A stretch of DNA of 24,000 nucleotides, from contig OW818635.1 of assembly GCA_942492825.1 (NCBI GenBank), forward strand, positions 1,309,439 to 1,333,438. The letters run 5' to 3'. Positions within the stretch are counted from its first letter, which is position 1. Each line of letters starts with the position of its first letter. The stretch comes from an uncultured Erysipelotrichaceae bacterium. Lineage in GTDB: Bacteria; Bacillota_I; Bacilli_A; Erysipelotrichales; Erysipelotrichaceae. Positions 8,740 through 15,032 of the stretch are shown here, piece after piece. The notes beneath the pieces are model-generated. The model saw only the letters and a program-made list of their open reading frames with translations. It was not told the origin of the DNA and ran no database searches. The translations under genes and the position numbers were made by a program.

Positions 8740-8764
8740 ATGGAGTATAATCAAAATATACACG
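8740..8764 (+). promoter_or_regulatory. Core promoter of lemA (-10 TATAAT at 8746-8751)
   Basis: TATAAT with a possible -35 TTTTCA 17 nt upstream. The 25-nt module atggagtataatcaaaatatacacg is 22/25 identical to the one upstream of glgC. Confidence 0.5.
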
Positions 8765-8790
8765 TCATAAAATGTGACGAGGAGGTTTCT

Positions 8791-9348
8791 ATGGAATTTC
8801 TCCCTTATATTCTGATCGGGCTTGTCGTGGTCATCGGTTTCTGGATGATGTCAGCCTACAACTCGCTTGTTTCTCTACGTAACCGTGTCGATGAAGCATT
8901 CTCCACCATGGATGTCTACATGGTGAAACGGTATGACTTGATTCCGAACTTGGTCGAAACCGTCAAAGGTTACGCCCGTCATGAAAGCGAAACTTTAGAA
9001 AAGGTCATCGCCGCCCGTAACGCTGCGCAAGGTTCGCGTACGTTGGAAGAAAAAGCGACCAACGAAGCGAGCTTCCAAGGCGCGTTGGGACGTTTGTTCG
9101 CGATTGCGGAAGCGTATCCGGATTTGAAGGCCAACGTCAATTTCTTGGAACTGCAGGGACAACTGAAAGTCGTTGAAGAAGATATCGCTCAATCGCGTAA
9201 GTACTATAATGGTTCGACTCGCGAATATAACACGACGACGGAACGTTTCCCCAATAATTTCGTCGCCAATATGTTCGGATTCAAACGTCGTCCGTTGTTT
9301 GAAGTAACGGATGAAGCGCAACGTCAGAACGTCAAGGTCCAGTTTTAA
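8791..9348 (+). CDS. lemA: LemA family membrane protein
   Basis: An N-terminal TM helix is followed by a LemA-type domain (YNSLVSLRNRVDEAFSTMDVYMVKRYDLIPNLVETVKGYARHE ... RKYYNGSTREYNTTTERFPNNFVANMFGF). The ATG at 8791 is preceded by GGAGG (8781-8785). The track start at 8740 lies inside the promoter. Confidence 0.88.
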   Translation: MEFLPYILIGLVVVIGFWMMSAYNSLVSLRNRVDEAFSTMDVYMVKRYDLIPNLVETVKGYARHESETLEKVIAARNAAQGSRTLEEKATNEASFQGALGRLFAIAEAYPDLKANVNFLELQGQLKVVEEDIAQSRKYYNGSTREYNTTTERFPNNFVANMFGFKRRPLFEVTDEAQRQNVKVQF

Positions 9349-9352
9349 AAAA

Positions 9353-9371
9353 AGGGGAACAATGTTCCCCT
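9353..9371 (+). other. Intercistronic stem-loop between lemA and the DUF2207 gene
   Basis: An 8-bp stem, aggggaac (9353-9360) with gttcccct (9364-9371), around loop aat. It is preceded by an A run and followed only by ttcccc (poor U tract). The DUF2207 RBS AGGAGGG follows directly. Confidence 0.5.
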
Positions 9372-9391
9372 TTCCCCTATAGGAGGGAATC

Positions 9392-11278
9392 ATGAGAAAG
9401 CTACTTTTGGTTTTGTTTTCTTTCCTTTTGATGACGGTCGGATTGTACGCTTCGACGATTTCGACGCATGCGCTCGACGATGTCGTCATCCAGAACTTTA
9501 CGATTGAAATGGTCGTGGATGAGAACGGCAAGATCGCGGTCGACCAGAAGCTGGACGTGATGTTTAACACCAGTCAACACGGAATCTACGCGGTCATCCC
9601 CGAAGATTACAACATGACCTGGACGATCGATGGACAAGAATATCAACGTTCGTATCATTTTCCGATTCGCGATGTGAATGTCATCGGAGATCCGGTGGCA
9701 GACCAATATACCGAGAACGGGAATGTCTACCTGCAAATCGGGGATGCGAATCAATATGTCAGCGGATTAAAGACCTACCACTACACCTATACGATGCAGA
9801 TGCGGGATTTGGATCTCAATGGATTCCAGTCCTTCTATCTGAACTTGGTCGGACAATACTGGAGCGACAAGATCGAACATGTGGATTTTTCGATCACATT
9901 ACCCAAAGGTTGGCCGGAAGAGATCTATTTCTATGGCGGTACAAGCGGGAGTGGAACTCCGCTTGATTTGAATACCACGATTACAGGGAACACTTTGACA
10001 GGATCGTATGATCAAGTGATTTCATACGGTAGCGCGTTGACTATCAAAGCTGATTTGCCGGATGGATACTTCGATTTTATCCCGGCGGCCGATTACAGCC
10101 TTCCAGCAATCCTGTTTATGTTATTGATGAGTGTGCTTGTCGTCTTGGCGTATTTCCGTTACGGACGCGATGAGAAACCGGTCGAGACGGTCGAATTCAA
10201 TCCAATCCCGGGATTAAGCAGCGCACAAGTCGGATTTATCTTCGATGGATTCGTGGATTCGCGGGATGTCTTATCGTTGATTATCGAATGGGCCGCGAAG
10301 GGTTATTTAACCATTACCGAGACGGATCGAAGCGGTTTTACGTTGACGAAGTTGATGCCAATCCCCGATAAAGAGATTCGTTGTGAACGTTCGCTCTTCA
10401 ACGCTTTGTTTTTGGGGCGTGACGAAGTTACCAACAAGCAACTGGAAAATACTTTCTATCAGCACATCCAGCATGCCCAGGCAGACATTCAGCGTCATTT
10501 CCAGGGAAATAAATCGCGCAATATTTACCGTAAGGATTCCACGCTTGCGAAGTTCGTTTTGGGATTCTTATCGATGCTTCCTCCCTATTTATTCTTCGTC
10601 GCGATCCTATATGTTAAAACCTACGATGCGGGTCTCTCGTTTGTGATGTCGATACCAATCTTAATATTGGGTACCGCGTTTACCATCTTGTTCTCGATCG
10701 CACGACAGAAGTGGATCTCGCTGCGCATCGGCGGTAAGATCGGATTTACAGTTCCGATGGTATTCTTAGCTTTCATTACAAGCATGTTTATGCTTGGATA
10801 TTTCCTCTATGCCGGACGTGACCTCTTTAGCCTAATTATCCTGTTGGGATTGATGGCTTTGAATATCTTGTTGGTAAGTGTCATGGATAAGCGCACCAAA
10901 CTTGGGACGGAGTACCTCGGACGCATCTTAGGGTTGAAAAACTTCATTCGTGTTGCGGAGAAAGACAAACTTGAGATGTTAGTCAAGGAAGATCCGGAGT
11001 ACTTCTATAAAGTCTTACCGTATGCCTATGTATTGAATGTTTCGGATGTGTGGTCGAAGAAGTTCGAGTCGATCGCGATGGCGCAACCTTCGTGGTACGT
11101 TGGCCCCAACTCGATGAACTCTTACTTATTCATGCATAGTCTCAACCATACATTAGGTTCGATGAATCGTACGATGACCTCGACACCGCGTGGTAGCGGT
11201 GGCGGTAGTTTCGGCGGTGGTGGCGGTGGTGGCTTTAGCGGCGGCGGCTTCGGCGGCGGCGGCGGCGGTCACTGGTAA
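9392..11278 (+). CDS. DUF2207 domain-containing membrane protein with a C-terminal Gly-rich tail
   Basis: 628 aa. In order: a signal peptide (MRKLLLVLFSFLLMTVGLYAS), an extracytoplasmic domain of about 200 aa, one TM, a soluble segment of about 130 aa, a four-TM bundle, and a conserved soluble segment. The tail reads GSGGGSFGGGGGGGFSGGGFGGGGGGHW. This architecture and the LemA partnership are typical of DUF2207. Confidence 0.85.
   Translation: MRKLLLVLFSFLLMTVGLYASTISTHALDDVVIQNFTIEMVVDENGKIAVDQKLDVMFNTSQHGIYAVIPEDYNMTWTIDGQEYQRSYHFPIRDVNVIGDPVADQYTENGNVYLQIGDANQYVSGLKTYHYTYTMQMRDLDLNGFQSFYLNLVGQYWSDKIEHVDFSITLPKGWPEEIYFYGGTSGSGTPLDLNTTITGNTLTGSYDQVISYGSALTIKADLPDGYFDFIPAADYSLPAILFMLLMSVLVVLAYFRYGRDEKPVETVEFNPIPGLSSAQVGFIFDGFVDSRDVLSLIIEWAAKGYLTITETDRSGFTLTKLMPIPDKEIRCERSLFNALFLGRDEVTNKQLENTFYQHIQHAQADIQRHFQGNKSRNIYRKDSTLAKFVLGFLSMLPPYLFFVAILYVKTYDAGLSFVMSIPILILGTAFTILFSIARQKWISLRIGGKIGFTVPMVFLAFITSMFMLGYFLYAGRDLFSLIILLGLMALNILLVSVMDKRTKLGTEYLGRILGLKNFIRVAEKDKLEMLVKEDPEYFYKVLPYAYVLNVSDVWSKKFESIAMAQPSWYVGPNSMNSYLFMHSLNHTLGSMNRTMTSTPRGSGGGSFGGGGGGGFSGGGFGGGGGGHW
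11192..11269 (+). repeat. GGN (glycine-codon) low-complexity tract inside the DUF2207 3' end
   Basis: Runs of ggt/ggc codons, including (ggc)n at about 11252-11266. It generates the spurious Ala-rich alternate-frame ORF at 11190-11690. Confidence 0.8.
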
Positions 11279-11287
11279 ACAAATCAT

Positions 11288-11310
11288 AACTACCGGCTTA
11301 GCCGGTAGTT
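11288..11310 (+). terminator. Hairpin downstream of the DUF2207 gene (possible terminator, or the IS200 right-end hairpin)
   Basis: A perfect 10-bp stem, aactaccggc (11288-11297) with gccggtagtt (11301-11310), around loop tta, 10 nt after the stop. The trailing T tract is only about 3 nt, so its terminator function is uncertain. Confidence 0.45.
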
Positions 11311-11389
11311 TGACCTCGCCCTATAAGGGCTTGTTGCTGCCGTCCCTTTCGGGACGCCGAGGGCCTGACAGCCGCAGCCCTTCCTCAGC

Positions 11390-11411
11390 GGGCGCCTCAT
11401 GGCGCCTTTTT
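11390..11411 (+). terminator. Inward-facing intrinsic terminator at the IS200 right end (would block plus-strand read-through antisense to tnpA)
   Basis: g-ggcgcc (11391-11396), loop tcat, ggcgcc (11401-11406), followed by ttttt (11407-11411) on the plus strand. Confidence 0.5.
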
Positions 11412-11417
11412 ACTGCT

Positions 11418-11882
11418 TTATTTTGCCTGGTCACCCGTAAACGGGTCAATATACTCCTTCAAGCTCATTTGATCATACATTTTGTCTTCTTGCAGTTGAT
11501 TCGCTATGTAATCTCGGATTTTCTTCTCATTCTTCCCCACCGTGTCTACATAGTATCCACGTGCCCAAAACACGCGACTCCCATACTTGTATTTCAGATT
11601 CGCATGTCGTTCAAAAATCATCAGCGTACTCTTCCCCTTCAGATATCCCATGATTTGCGCCACGCTATACTTCGGCGGGATACTCACTAACATATGGATG
11701 TGATCCGGACATGCTTCCGTTTCCAGCAGCTCGATTCCTTTGCGCTCGCACAGCGTGCGCAAAATGATACCAATATCATTCTTCAACTTCCCATAGATCA
11801 CCAGTCTTCGGTACTTCGGCGCAAATACCAGGTGGTATTTACATTTGTAGGTTGTGTGTGATAAACTTTGTGTGTCATTCAT
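11418..11882 (-). CDS. tnpA: IS200/IS605 family transposase TnpA (Y1 HUH transposase)
   Basis: Collinear with classical IS200 TnpA: YKCKYHLVFAPKYRR, the HUH motif DHIHMLV, YLKGKS, and the catalytic-Tyr region WARGYYVDTVG. I re-called the start at the ATG at 11880-11882 (MNDTQSLSHT), which has a GGAGGA RBS. The track start at 11957 adds 25 residues that run through the 5' UTR structure. Confidence 0.92.
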   Translation of the reverse strand: MNDTQSLSHTTYKCKYHLVFAPKYRRLVIYGKLKNDIGIILRTLCERKGIELLETEACPDHIHMLVSIPPKYSVAQIMGYLKGKSTLMIFERHANLKYKYGSRVFWARGYYVDTVGKNEKKIRDYIANQLQEDKMYDQMSLKEYIDPFTGDQAK

Positions 11883-11890
11883 GATTGACT

Positions 11891-11942
11891 TCCTCCATGT
11901 TGATTGTTGTGCTGTCAGGCCCTTCAATCTTACCATGGAGGA
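11891..11942 (-). promoter_or_regulatory. RBS-sequestering stem-loop in the tnpA 5' UTR
   Basis: In the mRNA sense, tcctccatg (complement of 11934-11942) pairs over 9 bp with catggagga (complement of 11891-11899). That arm contains the GGAGGA Shine-Dalgarno 8 nt before the ATG. The loop is 34 nt. Confidence 0.6.
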
Positions 11943-11975
11943 TTTTATTTGACTCACCGCTTAAGCTTTTTACAT

Positions 11976-11994
11976 CCCCCTGTAGAACAGGGGG
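11976..11994 (-). other. Subterminal hairpin in the IS200 left end
   Basis: A perfect 8-bp stem, ccccctgt with acaggggg, and a 3-nt loop. No U tract follows on either strand. Confidence 0.5.
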
Positions 11995-12004
11995 TTTACT
12001 CTTA

Positions 12005-12031
12005 CAACGAAAGGATCGGAAGTTCCGATCC
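12005..12031 (-). terminator. Terminator immediately after smpB (possibly contributed by the IS200 left end)
   Basis: An 8-bp stem, ggatcgga (12013-12020) with tccgatcc (12024-12031). On the minus strand it is followed by tttcgtt. It begins 4 nt after the smpB stop at 12036-12038. Confidence 0.6.
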
Positions 12032-12035
12032 TTTT

Positions 12036-12488
12036 TTAACGTTTATCCTTCATGATTTTGTCGATCTCACGTTTCGCATCACGTTCTTTCGAAGCTTCAC
12101 GTTTATCGTGTAAATCTTTACCTTCAGCCAATGCGATTTCCAGTTTCGCACGTCCATCTTTCAAATACATTTGTAAGGGAATGATGGTAAATCCTTTGAG
12201 TTTGACTTTTTTTTGTAGCTTCGCGATTTCAGCCTTATGCATTAATAACTTACGATCGCGTGTTTCTTCATGATTGAAGCGGTTTCCGAATTCATATTGC
12301 GCGATATACATCTCGCGGACAAAGGCTTCGCCGTTTTTGAATTCGATGTACGCATCCTTGAATTGGACGGATCCTTTACGGATCGACTTGATTTCGGTTC
12401 CGAGAAGAACCATCCCGGCTTCGAATCGTTCGACGATGAAATAATCATGGGTCGCTTTCCGATTAACGGATACGGTTTTTACGGCCAC
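12036..12488 (-). CDS. smpB: SsrA-binding protein SmpB
   Basis: 150 aa. Conserved motifs: NRKATHDYFI, GTEIKSIR, basic C-terminal tail. GTG start at 12486-12488 with an AAGGGGGA RBS 7 nt upstream, inside the end of rnr. Confidence 0.92.
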   Translation of the reverse strand: MAVKTVSVNRKATHDYFIVERFEAGMVLLGTEIKSIRKGSVQFKDAYIEFKNGEAFVREMYIAQYEFGNRFNHEETRDRKLLMHKAEIAKLQKKVKLKGFTIIPLQMYLKDGRAKLEIALAEGKDLHDKREASKERDAKREIDKIMKDKR

Positions 12489-14655
12489 GTCCCGATCCCC
12501 CTTTGTGTGCGGTTGGCGTGGATTTATGCATTGTCCCTACCGGTGCCGTCGATTTGTGTTTCACTTCTTCGGCCAATTGGAAATCCACCGTCTTCTTTTC
12601 TTTGCTTGCCCCGGTTACTTTGATTTTCACCTTTTGGCCTAACACAAACATACGATGCGTTCTGGTACCGCGTAAACTGTAACCACGGGCATCGAATTCA
12701 TAGTAGTCATCTGTTAACGTTTGGATGTGGACCAATCCTTCGACGGTGTTCTCCAACGCTACGAAGAATCCAAATCGCGTCACACCGCTGATGATGCCCA
12801 TATGGGTTTCTCCAATATGATCCATCATGAACTCGGCTTTCTTCATGTTTTCGACTTCACGTTCGGCTTCGACCGCGTTTCGCTCGCCGGCCGAGGTTTC
12901 AAGCGCATAGGTATGCATCAGTTTCTCATCTTCGATCCGTGCGTTCTCATCCGGTAAGTTGAAATGGTACTTTCGCAACATACGATGTACGATCAAGTCC
13001 GGATAACGTCGTATTGGTGAGGTAAAGTGCAAGTATTCCTTTAGGGCCAATCCGAAGTGACCGATACATTGTGGGTCGTATTTCGCCTTCTGCATGCTTC
13101 TTAATAAAACCGTCGAAATGACATGGAATTCCGGCTTGTTTTCAAACTTCGTCAACAGACGTTGAAGTACGATCGGTTGGATGTTACTGAGATCTCCCCG
13201 TAAACGTTCCCCAAAGGGATTGAGGACTTTCGAGAACTCCTGCATCTTCGCTTTTTCCGGAATCTCATGTACCCGATAAAGTGCAGGGATCTCCAACCAC
13301 TTCGTATGACGGGCTACGGTTTCGTTGGCCAAGACCATGAAGTCTTCGATGATCAGTTCGGCTTCGTCTTGAAACCGTGGACCGATCGCCAATACTTTTC
13401 CTTTTTCGTCGACTTTGAATTTCGATTCGATCGTTTCAAAGTTAATCGAACCGAGGCCTTCGCGTCGACTCCGAATCAGATCCGCAACTTCTTTCATCAA
13501 GTAAAACAAGTCTTTGACGTCTTTGTATCTTTCGGTGACTTCCTCATCACCTTTTAAAATCTTATTGACGTTGGTATAGGTCATCCGATGTTTCGATCGA
13601 ATGTAGGACGGTACGATCTCATAGGATTCGACACTACCGTCTTTAGCGACCAACATGTCGCAGGTAAGGGTTAACCGTAAGACATCGGGATGTAAGGAAC
13701 AAATGCCATTGGATAAGGCATGAGGCAACATCGGGACGACACGGTCGACCACATAGACGGAGGTCGTGCGTTGTTGTGCTTCTTTATCCAAAGGTGAGTA
13801 TGCGGTCACATAATGACTGACATCCGCGATATGGACTTGTAAGCTGTACTTGTCGCCGACTCTGGCCAAACTGATCGCGTCATCCAAATCTTTCGCATCT
13901 TCCCCGTCGATCGTCACAACCACGCGATCGGTAAAATCGACGCGTTTTTCAAGTTCTTTCGCCTGTACTTCCATAGGTACCTTGGCGACTTGATCCATGA
14001 CTTCTTTCGGGAAGTCCGGTTCGACGTTGTACTCGGCCAATACGGTCAAGACATCCATTCCGGGTTCATTCTTGTAACCCAATGTTTTCAGTAGTTTTAC
14101 GATCAAGGGATCGCCATACTCGACGATCTGCGCGACCAAAATCGCACCTTCAGTGATATGGCTAAGATCGCTATCGATAAATTTGACGCCTTGACGGATA
14201 CGCGGATCGTTGATGACGAAGTTGATTCCGGACGCGTCGCGTACTGCCTCCACGACCACTTGCGGAACCGAACGTTGGAGAACTTTGACAACGATGCCTT
14301 CGCTGCTTCCGTCATTGTATGTCTTGGGTTTTACCAAGACCGTGTCGTGATGCATCGCGTCTTTCAGATTGGATGAATGGATGTAGATGGATCCTTCCTC
14401 CAGATCCACAAAACCGAATCCTTTCGCATTGATACTGATGACACCTGTTTTCCATCCGGCATCGCTTGTACGTATGATTTTGTTTTGGCGTGTGCTGGTG
14501 ATTTCACCATCTTCTTCTAACTCGCGGATCGCCTTAAAAAAGCGTTCGATATCGCTTGTTTCCTTGAGATCCATCATTGTGATCCATTGTTCGAGCAGAT
14601 AGAGTGTCTGTCCGTTTTGTTCGAGTCGATCCAATATTCGTTGTTTGAGGTCCAT
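12463..14655 (-). CDS. rnr: Ribonuclease R
   Basis: 730 aa. N-terminal HTH/cold-shock region, RNB catalytic domain (TIDGEDAKDLDDAIS, HFGLALKEYLHFTSPIRRYPDL), C-terminal S1 domain (GIISGVTRFGFFVAL) and a Lys/Arg-rich tail. Confidence 0.93.
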   Translation of the reverse strand: MDLKQRILDRLEQNGQTLYLLEQWITMMDLKETSDIERFFKAIRELEEDGEITSTRQNKIIRTSDAGWKTGVISINAKGFGFVDLEEGSIYIHSSNLKDAMHHDTVLVKPKTYNDGSSEGIVVKVLQRSVPQVVVEAVRDASGINFVINDPRIRQGVKFIDSDLSHITEGAILVAQIVEYGDPLIVKLLKTLGYKNEPGMDVLTVLAEYNVEPDFPKEVMDQVAKVPMEVQAKELEKRVDFTDRVVVTIDGEDAKDLDDAISLARVGDKYSLQVHIADVSHYVTAYSPLDKEAQQRTTSVYVVDRVVPMLPHALSNGICSLHPDVLRLTLTCDMLVAKDGSVESYEIVPSYIRSKHRMTYTNVNKILKGDEEVTERYKDVKDLFYLMKEVADLIRSRREGLGSINFETIESKFKVDEKGKVLAIGPRFQDEAELIIEDFMVLANETVARHTKWLEIPALYRVHEIPEKAKMQEFSKVLNPFGERLRGDLSNIQPIVLQRLLTKFENKPEFHVISTVLLRSMQKAKYDPQCIGHFGLALKEYLHFTSPIRRYPDLIVHRMLRKYHFNLPDENARIEDEKLMHTYALETSAGERNAVEAEREVENMKKAEFMMDHIGETHMGIISGVTRFGFFVALENTVEGLVHIQTLTDDYYEFDARGYSLRGTRTHRMFVLGQKVKIKVTGASKEKKTVDFQLAEEVKHKSTAPVGTMHKSTPTAHKGGSGRGRKNRIR

Positions 14656-14705
14656 AAGTATCCTCCCTCTTCATTTTATAATAAAAAAGGCCTGAGCGGC
14701 CGTTT

Positions 14706-14927
14706 TTATACGATTCTTACTAAAATCACTAGGACAAAGAACGAAATGCCCAGCACCAAGGTCAACCGGGAAATCGTCTTTTCCGGACCCCGTTCTTTCA
14801 CGTTGGCGAACAGGTTCAACCCGCCGCTTCCGGAGAAAGCACTGCTTATGCCGTCGGACTTGCCGCTCTGTAGAAGTGATAATAGAATCAGTAGGACGGC
14901 GACCACCATCAGTACGATATCAAGCAT
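14706..14927 (-). CDS. secG: Preprotein translocase subunit SecG
   Basis: 73 aa from the internal ATG at 14925-14927 (MLDIVLMVVAVLLILLSLLQSGKSDG...), which has an AAAGGAGG RBS. Two TM helices flank the Gly-rich loop (SSAFSGSGG) typical of SecG. The track start at 15023 is an over-extension. Confidence 0.8.
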   Translation of the reverse strand: MLDIVLMVVAVLLILLSLLQSGKSDGISSAFSGSGGLNLFANVKERGPEKTISRLTLVLGISFFVLVILVRIV

Positions 14928-14955
14928 CGGAATCCTCCTTTCAGTTTGCTTATAT

Positions 14956-14984
14956 ATTTTATCAGATAAGCAACTAAAAAACAA
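14956..14984 (-). promoter_or_regulatory. Candidate promoter for secG
   Basis: The minus strand reads TTGTTT (14979-14984), a 17-nt spacer, then TGaTAAAAT (extended -10, with TAAAAT at 14956-14961). Confidence 0.35.
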
Positions 14985-15032
14985 CGACGTATTTTGACTG
15001 AGTCGACATTCGAGTCGAATCATTGAAAATGA

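Larger units (their letters stand above)
11311..12031 (-). mobile_element. IS200-type insertion sequence (IS200/IS605 family, tnpA only); boundaries approximate
   Basis: It contains a classical IS200 Y1 transposase gene with structured non-coding ends of about 100 and 150 nt, giving an IS200-like total size near 0.7 kb. The outer limits are the flanking stop codons at 11278 and 12036. The exact ends cannot be set from a single copy. Confidence 0.65.

Noticed and set aside
8763-8780. A small imperfect palindrome, cgtcat-aaaa-tgtgacg, in the lemA 5' UTR
   Set aside because: Only about 5 bp of pairing, with a mismatch. That is too weak to call an operator or a structured element without comparative support.
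11190-11690. A 166-aa plus-strand ORF spanning the Gly tract, the IS end and antisense tnpA
   Set aside because: It begins as an alternate-frame reading of the GGN repeat (poly-Ala/Val), then crosses two terminator hairpins. It is an artefact of low-complexity sequence.
11883-12035. Possible tmRNA or tmRNA fragment in the IS flanks downstream of smpB
   Set aside because: Each flank is only about 140-150 nt. Neither contains a GGGG...acceptor 5' end, a T-arm (GGTTCGAnTCC) or a CCA-proximal 3' end. The structures present are explained by IS200 hairpins and terminators.
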